Assembly (NCBI GenBank): GCA_963555825.3
Contig: CAUVXB020000001.1
Span: 1,216,001-1,280,000 of the forward strand
Reading direction: 5' to 3'
DNA from: Alphaproteobacteria bacterium
GTDB lineage: Bacteria; Pseudomonadota; Alphaproteobacteria; JAAXGF01
Length of the DNA: 64,000 nucleotides
The notes beneath the pieces were generated by a model. That model was not told where the DNA came from. It was given only the letters and a program-made list of their open reading frames with translations, and did not search any database. Numbering within the stretch: position 1 is the first letter of the stretch; each line of letters starts with the position of its first letter. Position numbers and translations under genes: made by a program. Shown piece by piece: positions 31,564 through 43,716 of the stretch.

Positions 31564-32059
31564 GGGGATGTCCCGGGCTCTGTTGAAAAGCTGAAGTAGG
31601 CGTCGTCCGCCTGGAGCCGCTAGGCTCTGGGTGCTGATTCCATCAAGGAGAACGACGCCATGACCAAGACTACACGCAACGACCGTTCCTCGGAACCATC
31701 CTGTCGGCTCTTGCCATCGATGCCGGAGGCCTTCGACGATCTGCGCATGAGCGTCGATCGCTTCTGCCTTTTGGCGGGCCTCGAGTCTTTGAACGAGATG
31801 ATGTCGGCGGACGCGGAAGCCTTGTGCGGTTCGCGCCACGCCCGCTCGGGCGAGCGCAAGGGCCATCGATGGGGCACGACCCGGAGCGAGATCGCCTACC
31901 ACGGCGGCAAAGTGAAGGTCGAGCGCCCTCGGGTGCGGGACTTCGCGGGTCGGGAGATGAGCCTGCCGAGTTGGGAGCTGCTGTCGGAACCCGAACTCTT
32001 GCAAGCCTGGGCGATGAATCTGATGGTGATCAACGTCTCGACCCGCAAGTATGCCCGCG
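31564..32059 (+). mobile_element. Truncated second copy of the IS256 element (left end and N-terminus)
   Basis: Matches 29373 to about 29868. Confidence 0.93.
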
Positions 32060-32060
32060 G

Positions 32061-32192
32061 GAGCTATTGTCAAAAGTTGACGGGGCGGTAAAAAGTTGTT
32101 GGCCGATGGCGTGCTTGTACAGGTCTTTGCGGTTCGGTGAAGAATATTTGCCTGTCTCCGCGTTGCTGGTGGATAAAACCTGATATTACCTA
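32061..32192. mobile_element. IS256-like terminus (19 bp) fused to the end of the IS5/IS1182-like element
   Basis: 32080-32192 matches about 1109-1221; preceded by GAGCTATTGTCAAAAGTTG. Confidence 0.75.
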
Positions 32193-33374
32193 CTGTCCCG
32201 ATTCCGAAGTTCGCATGATTTTCGCCTGCTGTTCAGCGATTTCGATTGTTCGGAGGCAGAAGCGCTGGATGGCGCCGAGGATGTCATCGGCGGATTTGGT
32301 CCATTTGAAGGGTTTGGGGTTCTGGTTTGTCGTGTCGATGTAGTCGAGGATGGTGCGCTCCAACTCCTTGGTGGAGCGATGGACGCCGCGCCTGATCTGC
32401 TTGTCGGTCAGCAGCCCGAACCAGCGCTCGACCTGGTTCAGCCAGGAGGCGCTGGTGGGTGTGAAATGGGCCTGCCAGCGCGGCCGTTTGGCGAACCAGT
32501 CGCGGATCGCCTTGGTCTTGTGGGTCCCGTAGTTGTCCATGACGATGTGGATGTCGAGATCAGCAGGGACGTTCGCCTCGACGAGGTCGAGGAATTTGCG
32601 GAACTCTCGGGCCCGATGGCGCGGGAAACATTTGCCGATGATCTCTCCCGTGGCGATGTCGAGGGCCGCGAAGAGAGAGGTCGTGCCGTGGCGCTTGTAG
32701 TCGTGGCTGCGCCGCTCCGCCTGCCCGGGGCGCATCGGCAAGAGGGGCTGGGAACGGTCCAGGGCCTGGATCTGGCTCTTTTCGTCGACACAGAGAACCA
32801 GGGCACGATCCGGCGGCGCCAAATACAGACCGACGATGTCGCGGACCTTCTCCACGAAGAAGGGATCGCTCGACAGCTTGAAGGTCTCCGAGCGATGCGG
32901 CTGCAAGCCGAAGGCCCGCCAGATGCGATGAATGGTCGAGGGCGCGTGGCCGCTCGCCCGCGCCATCGAGCGAAGGCTCCAATGGGTCGCGTCCGGCGGC
33001 GTCTCTTCCAGCGTCAGCCGGACCGCTTCCGCGATGGCGTCATCGCCGATTTGACGCGGCGCGCCGGGGCGGGGTTCGTCGTACAGACCGTCGAGGCCCT
33101 CCGCCGCATAGCGGCGACGCCACTTGCCCACGGTGTCCGCGCTCGCCTCGAGACGAACGGCGATCTCCTTGTTCTCCAACCCTTCCGCCGCCGCCAAGAC
33201 GATCCGAGCCCGCCGCGCAAGCCCCTGCGACGTCTTGCGACGACGAGACAGCGCCTCCAATTCGGCGCGCTCGTCATCGCTCAAAGAGATCGTCACCGCC
33301 ACTCTCGCCATCAATCGCGCCTCCTAAAAACAAATAGAGACATAATCATATCAATTTATCGATCAGGACACTAG
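32190..33374 (-). mobile_element. IS630-family element with intact transposase 32190-33314
   Basis: [34 protein letters not shown]; CTA/TAG ends. Confidence 0.93.
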
Positions 33375-33500
33375 GAGCAAGTTCCCGCACGCAAGCCAGT
33401 CCTCACTTGATCGCCGGTAGAACTTCCCAGCGCGCTCGGCGAGACCGACCAGGGCGGCGGCGCTATTGCAGCGGTCGTTGGGCGGAGCTTTACTTAAAAC

Positions 33501-33764
33501 GTAACTGCCCAGGTAGCCGATGGCCGAGCGGCTGGATAGGACGGACGGGCAGATTTTGTAGGTTTGATGGACTGAATGCCTAGGTTTTGATTGACAAGCA
33601 GGGGGTGATGCGATTCAAGAATCCAATGAATCGTGAAGCCCTTGCCCTCTTGTCGAAAGACGAACTGATCGATTTGGTGCTGTCTCTGGCGGCACGGCTC
33701 GACGAACTCGAGCGCCGGCTCGGCCTGAACAGCACCAACAGCGGCAAGCCGCCGTCCAGCGATG
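33501..33764 (+). mobile_element. IS66-family left end with truncated transposase N-terminus
   Basis: GTAA terminus; LERRLGLNSTNSGKPPSSDG motif; cut by IS6. Confidence 0.75.
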
Positions 33765-34570
33765 GATGCTGTCAACTTAACGAAGGCAGGTCGCAGTTGA
33801 ACGTCTGAACTGAGCGGCTCAAGCAGCAGCGGTCACGGTCCGCCACGTGTTCATCGCGTCACCGCGGAATTGGCTCATTGTCTTGCGAGTGATCAGATGA
33901 CGTTGGACATTGAAGGTGTTGTAGATGGCGGCGTGGGTGGAGAGAAACCTTTGCGCCGATCCTGATGACTTGAAGCCCTGCATCCTGCGTTCTCGTTGTC
34001 GAACCGGCAGGTGCGAATTCTCCGCCCGATTGTTGCTCCGTCCGCCGGTAACGTGTTTCCCCGTCATGTTGAGATCACGCAATGCTGCCCCGTAAGATGG
34101 CAGTTTATCGGTCACCACCTTATTCGGCGCATACCCCTGCTTCTTGAGCAGTTTGCGCATCAGCTTGAGTGCTGCTTTCTTGTTCCTCCGGGACTGAACC
34201 AGGATATCCAGCACCTCACCCTCGCTGTCCACCGCCCGCCATAGATACATCCGTTTTCCGTTGATGGAGGAAAACACCTCATCAAGGTGCCACCGGTCGT
34301 CTGGTCGAGGGCGTGATTGTCTCAGTTTTCGGGCATAGGCCTGCCCAAACTTTAAAGCCCAGCGCCGTATCGTCTCGTAAGAAACATCGACACCACGTTC
34401 AGCGAGCAGATCCTCCACATCGCGGTAACTGAGCGGAAACCGGAAACACAGCCAGACGGCGCGCTGGATTATCTCTGCAGGAAACCGATGTCGGCGGTAG
34501 CTGATCTTGTTCATAACAGGAAGCTACTCGCCACCCGCAGCTGACACCAGCCAGTTACCGTGACAGCACC
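33765..34570 (-). mobile_element. IS6-family element with intact transposase 33819-34514
   Basis: YRRHRFP, WHLDEV, YLWRAVD, NNRAENSH; IR GATGCTGTCA / TGACAGCACC. Confidence 0.94.
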
Positions 34571-35342
34571 GTCGAAGGAGTTCTGCCGGCGCATCGGCTG
34601 GTTCAAGCCCGACGGCGGCCTCAAGGACATGATGGCCAGGGTCGCCATGCTGGCCATGCACAGGGACGGCCTGATCGCCCTGCCGGCGCCGCAGGGACGG
34701 CAGAACCGGCCCGGGCCGATCGTCTTCGGGCCGGACACCGAAGCGCCGCTGTTCCCGGCCCCGACGACCCTCGACGAGGTCCGTCCGCTCGACCTGCGCC
34801 CCGTCGTGCGCGGCACCCGGGAGAGCAAGCTCTGGAACGAGTTCGTCGCCCGCTACCACTATCTCGGATACAAGACCCTGGTCGGCGCCCAGATGCGCTA
34901 CGCCGTCCACGACCGCGACGGCTGGCCGCTCGCCATGCTCGGCTTCTCCACCGCCGCGTGGAAGCTCGCCCCGCGCGACAACTTCATCGGATGGACACGG
35001 CAGAAGCGCGAGAAGAACCTTCCCTTCGTGGTCGACAACCCGAGATTCCTGATCCTGCCCTGGATCAATATCCCCAACCTGGGTTCGCACATCCTGGCCA
35101 TCATCCGCCGGCGCCTGCCCGATGACTGGACCGAGCGCTACAACACCACGCCCGTGCTCATCGAGACCTTCGTCGAGACCCCGCGCTACACCGGCGCCGT
35201 TTACAGGGCCTCCGGCTGGACCCGCGTCGGGACCACCCAGGGGCGCGGGCGCTACGACCGGGACAGGCAGTCCGACAAGCCTAAAAAGGATGTCTGGCTC
35301 CGGCCCCTGCGACGGGATTGGAAACGCACCCTCAATCGCTAA
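34571..35342 (+). pseudogene. DUF4338 (DruA-like, IS-associated) protein, N-terminally truncated by IS6, followed by an IS66-like end at about 35401
   Basis: WNEFVARYHYLGY, RDNFIGW, RFLILPW, NLGSHIL, ETFV, YRASGW..VGTTQGRGR; ..GAACGCTTAC terminus. Confidence 0.82.
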
Positions 35343-35630
35343 AATCGGCCGGGGCGAATGGAAACGCCCGCGCTGATTCCACGGCCTGAACGAACGCTTA
35401 CCCTTGGCGAAGGTGCCGTCCACAAGATTAGTCCCATCCCCGTCCTGTGATGGTCCATGTATACAGCATTGTGGCAAGCCGGATCGGAGCTGCCGGATAT
35501 AAGGTGATGCGATCACTCGCACGAAACACGGAACTCATCGCAAGACCCGCCCATAGCACATGAGTTGGAGGAAAAGGAGAAATGACAATACGGCGGCTAA
35601 TTAAACCGCCTTGACAGCAAACGCCTCATA

Positions 35631-38415
35631 TAAGGAGACCATCGGCGAGCGTCTCGAGCGGGATCGTCAAGTTCTCTTGCCATTGCCGCCTGCTCCCTAT
35701 GATGCCTGCGATAAGCGCCCTGGACGGGCGAGTTCGCTGTCGCTGGTGCGTTACCGCAGCAACGACTATTCCGTGCCCGTGGCCTACGGCCACCGTGAGG
35801 TGCTCATCCGGGGCTACGTCGATGAGGTGGTGATCAGCTGCGGGGCCGAGGTGATCGCCCGGCACCGCCGGTCCTACGACAGCGAGGACCTGATCTTCGA
35901 CCCGCTGCATTACCTGCCCTTGATCGAGCAGAAGATCGGCGCCCTCGACCAGGCCGCGCCATTGGCGGGCTGGGACCTGCCCGAGGCCTTCATCACTCTG
36001 CGGCGGCTCCTCGAAGCTCGTATGGGCAAGGCAGGCAAGCGCGAGTACGTCCAGGTGCTCCGTCTACTGGAGACCTTCCGGCTCGAGGAGGTCGAGGGTG
36101 CGGTCGGCGACGCCCTGCGGCTCGGCGCAATCGGCTTTGATGCGGTGAAGCACCTGGTACTGTGCCGCATCGAGCGGCGGCCGCCCAGGCTCAACCTCGA
36201 CGTCTATCCGTATCTGCCGCGCGCCCGGGTCGCGATGACGTCCGCCAAGTCGTACATGAGCCTGCTGTCGGGGCTCGGCGCATGACCGACACACCGCAAG
36301 TGCTGCTCGCCCACCACCTCAAGACGCTGAAGCTGCCGACCTTCCTGCGCGAGTACGACAAGATCGCCCGGCAGTGCGCCTCGGAAGGCGTCGATCACGT
36401 CCGCTACCTGTTGAGACTCGCCGAGCTCGAGCTGATCGACCGCGAGCGCCGCATGGTCGAGCGGCGCATCAAGGCGGCGCGCTTCCCCGTGGTCAAGAGC
36501 CTCGACAGCTTCGACTTCAAGGTCATCCCCTCGCTCAACAAGGCGCTGGTCCTGGAGCTGGCCCGCTGCGAGTACATCGAGCGCCGCGAGAACCTCATCG
36601 CGCTCGGCAACAGTGGGACCGGCAAGACCCACATCGCCCTCGGTCTCGGCCTGGCGGCCTGCCAGAAGGGCCTCTCGGTCGGCTTCATCACCGCCGCCGC
36701 GCTGGTCCACGAACTCATCGAGGCCCGCGATGACAAGCAGCTGCTGAGGTTCCAGAAGAAGCTCGCCACCTACAAGCTTCTGATCGTCGACGAACTCGGC
36801 TTCGTGCCGCTGTCGAAGACCGGCGCCGAGCTGTTGTTCGAGGTGTTCAGCCAACGCTACGAGCGGGGCTCGACCCTGGTCACCACCAATCTGCCCTTCG
36901 ACGAATGGACCGAGGTGTTCGGCTCCGAGCGCCTCACCGGCGCGCTCCTCGATCGCCTCACCCACCACGTCAACATCCTCGAGATGAACGGTGACAGCTA
37001 CAGGCTCAACCAGAGCCGCAGGCGTCAAACCCCGACTGCTAACTGAACCGACCACCCAGCCCACGCTTGACCCCGTGGGCCCACAGGTCCCTCCCGCGCG
37101 CGCCGCCGCGTCAGCCTGTTGAGGGCACGCCGCGTCGCGCGCGGGGCCCTCCCGTGGACTACGGGGACAAGCCCGCAGCCGCCAAGCGGTCCCTTCTTAT
37201 ACCAGTGAGCGCCTGAATTGACTCTCGGGATATTCATTGATGGCGGATGATGGCGGATTGTGATTCTATGGTCTCCCACCAGATGTGGGGGATGTCATGG
37301 GATCAGCACTCAAGATACGGGATGATTTGACGCCTTTGGAGCTTCGGCGCTGGGCTCGCGTGGAATCGTACGGTCGAGCGGCGGCGCGGGCCTATGGGAT
37401 CGCGAATGCTTTGGAGGAGATGCCCCGGGCTGATGCCGCGCGGCTTGCGGGGATGGATCGCCAAACGCTTCGCGACGCGGTTGTTCGTTACAATGCAAAG
37501 GGATTGGAGGGGCTTCACGACCGTCCAAAGGGCTACTCGCCGCGGCGGCTGACGGCAGACGAGGAAGCGGCGCTGGCGGCGGTCATCATCGCCGGGCCGG
37601 AGCCTGAGCGCGACGGGGTTTGCGCCTGGACCCGGGCCGATCTGTGCCGCTGGCTGGAGGAGCGCTTCGCCAAGACCTACCACCCCTCGAGCATGACCCG
37701 GGTTCTACGGCGGATGGGATTTTCCCGCCAGAAGGCGCGCCCGAGCCACCCGCGAAGGGACGCCGAAGCGCAGGAGCGCTTCAAAAAAGGGGGCTTCGCG
37801 ACATCCTGAAGGCGACCGCCGCGGCGCATCCCGACAAGCGCCTACAGCTGTGGTTTCAGGATGAAGCGCGCGTCGGCAACAAGGGCCGGGTGTGTCACCG
37901 GTGGTGGCGCAGGGGCGAGCGTGCCCCCGGGACGCGTCAAATCGGCTACCAGTGGGCCTACATCTTCTCCGCCGTGCGCCCGGACACCGGCGACGACGTC
38001 ACCCTGGTGATGCCGAGCGTCAACGCCAAGGTCATGGACCTGTTTCTCGCACACTTCGCCGATACCCTGGACCAGGATGCGCACGCCGTCATGATGTGCG
38101 ACGGCGCCGGTTGGCACGACGAGCGCGCCCTCACCGTCCCCGACAACGTCACCTTGGCGCTGTTGCCGCCTTACAGTCCCGAACTCAACCCCGTCGAGCG
38201 GGTTTGGCTCTACCTACGCGAACGCTTCCTATCGCTCCGCGTCCTCGACGACACCGAGGCCATCATCGACGCCTGTTGCCAAGCATGGATCGACCTCATC
38301 GCAGAACCGGATCGTATGCGAACCCTCTGCGCCTATCCATGGATCATGAAGGTGATTTCATAGGCTCACTGGTATTACACCGCCGAGGTGGTCCCTTTTT
38401 GCTCCGCCATTGACA
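35631..38415 (+). mobile_element. istB: 5'-truncated IS21 copy (istA 3' part to 36285; istB 36282-37046); right end interrupted by IS630
   Basis: Matches the 3' part of 49402-51971 apart from the 37200-38374 insertion. Confidence 0.93.
37200..38374 (+). mobile_element. IS630-family element, two ORFs (about 37297-37809 and to 38363), probable programmed -1 frameshift
   Basis: IR TACCAGTGAGC / GCTCACTGGTA; TTA duplicated; AAAAAAGGGGG slippery run; FQDEAR, DGAGWH, PPYSPELNPVE. Confidence 0.93.
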
Positions 38416-38524
38416 CCTGTCTTGAGTGAGGTTCGAAACCCCAAATCTCAACACAGGACAGACCCGCCCCGTTACCCCGAAGACCGCCCCACCTGTCGCT
38501 ACAAACTACCGCGAGAGCGGTTTA

Positions 38525-39691
38525 TACCAACGGGCATTAATCAGAACCCATGGGCCCATTTTCGGCGTCCGATCGACATGATCTTCCAGGGTTGATCGAT
38601 GAGCCTGTTCCAGGCTTCGCAACACAGCGCGACGATATCGTCGTAGGTCTTGAATATCCTGTTGGAAAGCCAGTTATCGCGCATGAACTGCCATATGTTT
38701 TCGACGGGGTTCAGCTCGGGCGCTCTTGGTGGCAAGAACATCAATGTGATGTTGGATGGGATCTCGAGCCTGCCGGTGGTGTGCCATCCGGCCCGGTCGA
38801 TGATGAGTACAGCGTGAGCGCCTGGTGTCACCAGGGCCGAGATTTCATCAAGATGCCATTGCATGGCCTGAGTGTTGCAGCGGGGCAGGACAAGGCCCGC
38901 ACCGACACCGCGCGCGGGACAGATGGCACCAAAGATATAGGCCGACTTCGTGCGTTGGTCCCGGAGCGCCGTGGGTCGGCTGCCGCGTCGCGCCCAGCGC
39001 CGGGTGAGCATGGTTTTCTGGCCGACCCGGGCCTCATCTTGCCACCAAATTTCTATCGCGGTGTTGGCCGGGAGCCTGGCTCGGATCTCCCCCAACCCGG
39101 CGGGGAAGTTTTTTTTAAATCCTCGACGGCAAACTCGTTCTGCCCCTTGTGGCGTGGTCGCGCCGATATCTTGCGAAACCCCAGCGCCCTCAATTCACGG
39201 CCCACCGTCGTCTCATCAACCGAAATGCGGAACTCTTCGAATATCCAATGCGCCAGGTCCTTTCGGCGCCAACGCACGACACCGTGGATCGCCGGAATCG
39301 GTCCGCTCTCAACAAGCCGAGCGAGCGCTTGTCGCTGCCTGTCATTGAGCTTGGCCGGCTTGCCTGTCGCCTTGCCGTCAATCAGACCATCCGGCCCCTT
39401 GGCGTTGAAACGGAGAACCCAGTCACGGACCACCTGGAGCCCGACAGTACCGATCCGCGCCGCCTCCGTGCGACGGCCACCATCGTAAATCTCAGCCAGC
39501 GCAAGAAGCCGCCGGCTCTGTCCAGCATCCTTCGACGCCTTGGCTAACCGCCGAAGCGCCGGACCATCAAAATCTTCCCGTAACGCAACCGCTCTGCCCA
39601 TAGCGAACCTCCGTATCAGTTCGCCTCATTGATTCAGACTTCTTGCCGTTTGGGAATCCCCTAAATGAGTCTCCTTCAATGCTCGATGGTA
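38525..39691 (-). mobile_element. IS630-family element, two ORFs (39053-39601 and 38541 to about 39110) joined at an A-run frameshift
   Basis: TACC..GGTA ends; TTA flanks; WQDEAR, DRAGWH, PPRAPELNPVE. Confidence 0.92.
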
Positions 39692-39803
39692 TTAGTCCGT
39701 TGACCCATCTCGGACATTCAGCGGGGTGTGCGGTTCAATAAGCGAATACGGAAATCCAGGGGGGCTGTTGCAACACATCCCCGGTTGATAGCCTGGCCTA
39801 CGC

Positions 39804-41855
39804 TTACTTGGCGGCGACTGCGTTCGATGCCTTCTCCTGCGCACCATGCAACTCATTCAAGGGAATGTGACAGCGGATCGCGTGGCCAGACTCCGTGGGC
39901 TGCCAGGGCGGTATCTCCGTGTCGCAGATCGTGCCAATGCGCCGTGGGCAGCGGCGTTGAAATGGGCAGCCCCTGGCTGGCGGGAAGAGGTCCACCGTGT
40001 CCTCGGCGGCCAAGGTCGGCTTGGTGTCTGGATCGGGCTCCAATACCGCGCCGATCAGCACTTCGGTGTAGGGATGGGAGGGCAGGCGATAGACTGCCGG
40101 CGAGGGGCCGATTTCGCACAGCCGGCCCTGGTAGAGCACCGCCACGCGATCGGCCAAGGCACGGACCACCGCCAAGTCATGGGAGACAAAAAGATAGGTC
40201 GTCCCTCGATCGGCCTGAAGCTGGGTCAACAGGTCGAGGACGGCGGCCTGAACCGAAACATCGAGAGCCGACGTCACCTCGTCGCACAGCACCAGTTCGG
40301 GCTCGGCGGCGAAGGCCCGGGCCACGGCGACACGCTGCTTCTCGCCGCCGGACAACTGGCTCGGCAGGCGCTCGAGATAGTCTGCGCGCAAGCGCACCTG
40401 ATCCAACAGCGAGACGCTGCGCGCGTGCAACTCGTCACCATTAAGACCGAAATAGAGCCGCAGCGGCAGCGCCAGGATTTCGGCCACCGTATGACGCGGA
40501 TTGAGGGACGCATCCGGGTTTTGGAAGATGAGCTGAACCCGTCTCAGGAGATCCTTCGCCCGCTCATCGACCGGCGCATTGAGACTATTCGTTCCATCAT
40601 AGGTGATGGTTCCGTCGCGCAGCGGCAATAGGCCGGCAATGGCCCGAAGGATCGTCGACTTGCCGCTTCCGGATTCGCCCACCAGCCCGACGGTCTCCCC
40701 TCGGCGAATTGTCAAATCGATCTTGTCGATGGTTGGCGTCACATCGGGTTGCCGGCCCAGAATCTGGTCAACGATGCCGGGCTTGGCATAGCTGATAGAC
40801 ACGTTATCGAGTCGAAGGATGCTGTCCGTTTCGTCCAGGCTCGATCGGTCGGGCCGTTTCGGCGGTTCCGGTGGTGGGAGTTGCTCGACCCGTTCGTGGA
40901 AATGGCAGCGCACAATTTCATGGACGGCGGTGGGTTCCAGCGCCGGTCTTTCGTCCCGGCAGCGTTGCTCCGCCATGGGACAGCGGTCGGCAAAGCCGCA
41001 TCCCTGGCCAGCCCCGCCGGGAGGCGGAGGCCGTCCCGGCATCGAGGCGGGCACAACCGCCTCCTTCAACCTGGGAATCGACATGAGCAGCCCGCGGGCA
41101 TAGGGATGCGCGGGCTGCTTCAACACCCGGCGCGCTGGACCCTCGAGAACGAGTTCCCCGGCATACATGACGGCGATACGGTCGCTGACCCGCGCAATGG
41201 CGCCCAGGTCATGGCTGACATAGACCATCGCAGTCCCGGTCTCGGCCGCCAAATCGCGCAACAACTCGAGGATGTGGGCTTGAGTGGTCACGTCGAGGCC
41301 GGTCGTCGGCTCGTCGAGCAACAGAACCTTGGGCTCGCCCGCCAACGCCATGGCGATGGCGACGCGCTGTTGCTGACCGCCCGAGAGCTCGTGGGGATAG
41401 CGCTTCAGCATGTCCTCCGGTTGGGGCAACCGCACCTGCAGCAACAATTCGATAACGCGTTCACGCCGCTGCTCTATTGCCAGCCTGGTGTGCAGTTTCA
41501 CCGCCTCGTCGATCTGCCGGCCGATCCTCGAAGTCGGCGTCAACGACTGGCCGGCATTCTGTGGAATCAGGGCGAGATCGCCGCCGCGAATGCCTTCGAG
41601 AGCACTCTCGTCCATGTCGAACACATTGCGCCCCCGAAATAGGGATTCGCCTTCCAACACGCGCAGACCGGGTTTCAGGTAGCCCATCATGGCCAGAGCC
41701 AGGGTGCTCTTGCCGCAGCCCGACTCCCCAACCAGTCCAACCGTCTCGCCCTTGCCGAACGTCAGATCGATGTTCCGCAGGATCGGCAGCGTGACCTCCG
41801 CCTGGCTGGTAAAGCCAACACAGAGGTTTTCCACTTCGACCAGTGGATCGTCCAT
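39804..41855 (-). CDS. ABC transporter ATP-binding protein, fused DppD/DppF-like with two Cys-rich C-terminal domains
   Basis: GESGCGKS / GESGSGKS; HPY..GCGFADRCP and GCPFQRRCP; likely start MDDPLVEV. Confidence 0.94.
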   Translation of the reverse strand: MDDPLVEVENLCVGFTSQAEVTLPILRNIDLTFGKGETVGLVGESGCGKSTLALAMMGYLKPGLRVLEGESLFRGRNVFDMDESALEGIRGGDLALIPQNAGQSLTPTSRIGRQIDEAVKLHTRLAIEQRRERVIELLLQVRLPQPEDMLKRYPHELSGGQQQRVAIAMALAGEPKVLLLDEPTTGLDVTTQAHILELLRDLAAETGTAMVYVSHDLGAIARVSDRIAVMYAGELVLEGPARRVLKQPAHPYARGLLMSIPRLKEAVVPASMPGRPPPPGGAGQGCGFADRCPMAEQRCRDERPALEPTAVHEIVRCHFHERVEQLPPPEPPKRPDRSSLDETDSILRLDNVSISYAKPGIVDQILGRQPDVTPTIDKIDLTIRRGETVGLVGESGSGKSTILRAIAGLLPLRDGTITYDGTNSLNAPVDERAKDLLRRVQLIFQNPDASLNPRHTVAEILALPLRLYFGLNGDELHARSVSLLDQVRLRADYLERLPSQLSGGEKQRVAVARAFAAEPELVLCDEVTSALDVSVQAAVLDLLTQLQADRGTTYLFVSHDLAVVRALADRVAVLYQGRLCEIGPSPAVYRLPSHPYTEVLIGAVLEPDPDTKPTLAAEDTVDLFPPARGCPFQRRCPRRIGTICDTEIPPWQPTESGHAIRCHIPLNELHGAQEKASNAVAAK

Positions 41856-41863
41856 CGCGGACT

Positions 41864-42760
41864 CTAGACCGGCGCCTTTTGGGCTCGATCGATACCCAAG
41901 GCCTTGGCGAGCGCGTCGGCGCTCAAGTTGATCCCGATAATCAGCGAGCTGAGCGCAACGACGGGGGCCAGCGCCGTCCACGGCGCGTACGACATGATGC
42001 TTCGCGCATCGGAAATCATCAGGCCCCAATCCGGCGTGGGCGGAGTGACGCCGAACCCGAGAAACGACAGCGAACTGAACGCCAGCAACATCCATGACCA
42101 ACGCATGGCGCCTTCGACCAGCAGGACGTCGAGCACGTTGGGCAAGAGCTCGCGCACGACAATCGTGGACCGGCTCTCGCCTCGCGCTCGGGCAGCCGTC
42201 ACGAAGTCGAGGGCCACCACATCATGCGTCGCCGCGCGCGCCATCCGTATCACCGGGATGCCGTAGAAGAATCCCAGGGTGAGAATCAGCACGCCGGGGC
42301 TGAAACCGACCATGACAACGATTAAGAGTAAGACCAGGATCCATGGCAGGGAGAGAAAGGCATCGACGAGACGCATCAGGAGCTCGTCGAGCCGCCCGCC
42401 GACGAGGCCCAGCAGAACGCCCAACAATCCACCCCAGGCAATGGCGAGGACCGTGGAAATGGATGTCACGAGTAACGCCTGTCTACCCCCGAGCAGGGTG
42501 CGCGTGAAGACGTCGCGTCCAAGGTTATCAGTGCCAAACCAGTGCTCGGAGGAGGGCTCATCGAGGATGAGCTGAGCGCTGATCTCCTTGAAATCGTACG
42601 GCGCGATCGCCGGCGACACGATCGCCAGGACGATGTGGAAAGCCACGAGAATGAGACCCACGAGGCCAGAAGGCCGAGAGACCACCGCCAACAGGACAGT
42701 CAGCAACCTGACGAACACACTCTTCGGTTTGACGGGCTCTATGTTTGTCGTCACTGTCAT
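41864..42760 (-). CDS. ABC permease (DppC-like)
   Basis: HWFGTDNLGRD, DFVTAARARGE, LSFLGFG, PDWG. Confidence 0.95.
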   Translation of the reverse strand: MTVTTNIEPVKPKSVFVRLLTVLLAVVSRPSGLVGLILVAFHIVLAIVSPAIAPYDFKEISAQLILDEPSSEHWFGTDNLGRDVFTRTLLGGRQALLVTSISTVLAIAWGGLLGVLLGLVGGRLDELLMRLVDAFLSLPWILVLLLIVVMVGFSPGVLILTLGFFYGIPVIRMARAATHDVVALDFVTAARARGESRSTIVVRELLPNVLDVLLVEGAMRWSWMLLAFSSLSFLGFGVTPPTPDWGLMISDARSIMSYAPWTALAPVVALSSLIIGINLSADALAKALGIDRAQKAPV

Positions 42761-42765
42761 GGTCG

Positions 42766-43716
42766 CTAGGTTTTCATTGTCCTAAGCCTTGGATTTGCCA
42801 CAAGAGTCAACAAGTCGGCGAAGAGGTTCAGGCCGACGTATAGGGTCGCCAGGATCAGGGCGATCGCCTGCACCGTCACGAGGTCACGGAAGTATATGGC
42901 TTGGATCATCAATCGACCGAGTCCGGGATAGTTGAACACCACCTCGATGACGACGGTGCCCCCCAACAGCCATGCAATTGTCAAGGCGACAAGGTTGATC
43001 GTCGGCAACAGGGCGTTCGGCAGTACGTGCCTGAACACTATCTGCCAGTAGGGAACACCCTTCAGTTGCGCCATCTGGACGTAGTCGCTTGCCATCACGT
43101 CGATCACGCTGGTGCGGACCATGCGCAATATGTGCGCCGTCATGACAAGGGCGAGCGCGATGATCGGTAGTATGATGTCCGACAGGAACTCAAATAGCGG
43201 CGCGTCGGGTGGTGTCGTTACGATTCCGGGGAGCCATCCGAGCCAGACGCTGAAGATCAAGATTAAAACCGTGGAGGTCACAAACTCCGGGATCGTCATG
43301 GCGAAGATCGCCGTGGTGGATACCCACAGATCGGGAGGGCGATCTCGCCACAGGGCCGCGAAAATTCCAAGCAGGATAGCAAGGGGAACGCCGACCAACG
43401 ACGCGGTAACGCCGAGGACGACCGTATTGCGGAAACGCGTGCCAACGGTTTCGGAAATCGGCGTCTTGCGCTTGAGGGAGACGCCGAAATCGCCTTGGAC
43501 CGCGCCGAGGACCCATTCGACATAGCGTGTCAGGGCGGGACGTTCGAGCCCAAAATCCCGGCGACAATTCTCCAGCCTCGTTCCCTGGGCCGCCCGCCCG
43601 AGATAGGCGGTGCAGGAATCGCCGGGCAGCAGCTCGACACCCACGAAGATAATGCCCGAGACAAGCACGATCGTCAAAATGCCGAGTGCCAACCTGCGAG
43701 CAATTAGCCTAACCAT
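42766..43716 (-). CDS. ABC permease (DppB-like)
   Basis: LPGD, DYVQMAQLKG, HVLPNALLP, FNYPGLG, NPRLR. Confidence 0.95.
   Translation of the reverse strand: MVRLIARRLALGILTIVLVSGIIFVGVELLPGDSCTAYLGRAAQGTRLENCRRDFGLERPALTRYVEWVLGAVQGDFGVSLKRKTPISETVGTRFRNTVVLGVTASLVGVPLAILLGIFAALWRDRPPDLWVSTTAIFAMTIPEFVTSTVLILIFSVWLGWLPGIVTTPPDAPLFEFLSDIILPIIALALVMTAHILRMVRTSVIDVMASDYVQMAQLKGVPYWQIVFRHVLPNALLPTINLVALTIAWLLGGTVVIEVVFNYPGLGRLMIQAIYFRDLVTVQAIALILATLYVGLNLFADLLTLVANPRLRTMKT

Noticed and set aside
29373-32059. Composite transposon carrying def
   Set aside because: The second IS256 is truncated and no bracketing target duplication was found.
34571-35342. Druantia defence system
   Set aside because: No DruE helicase or other dru genes; the gene is truncated and in IS context.
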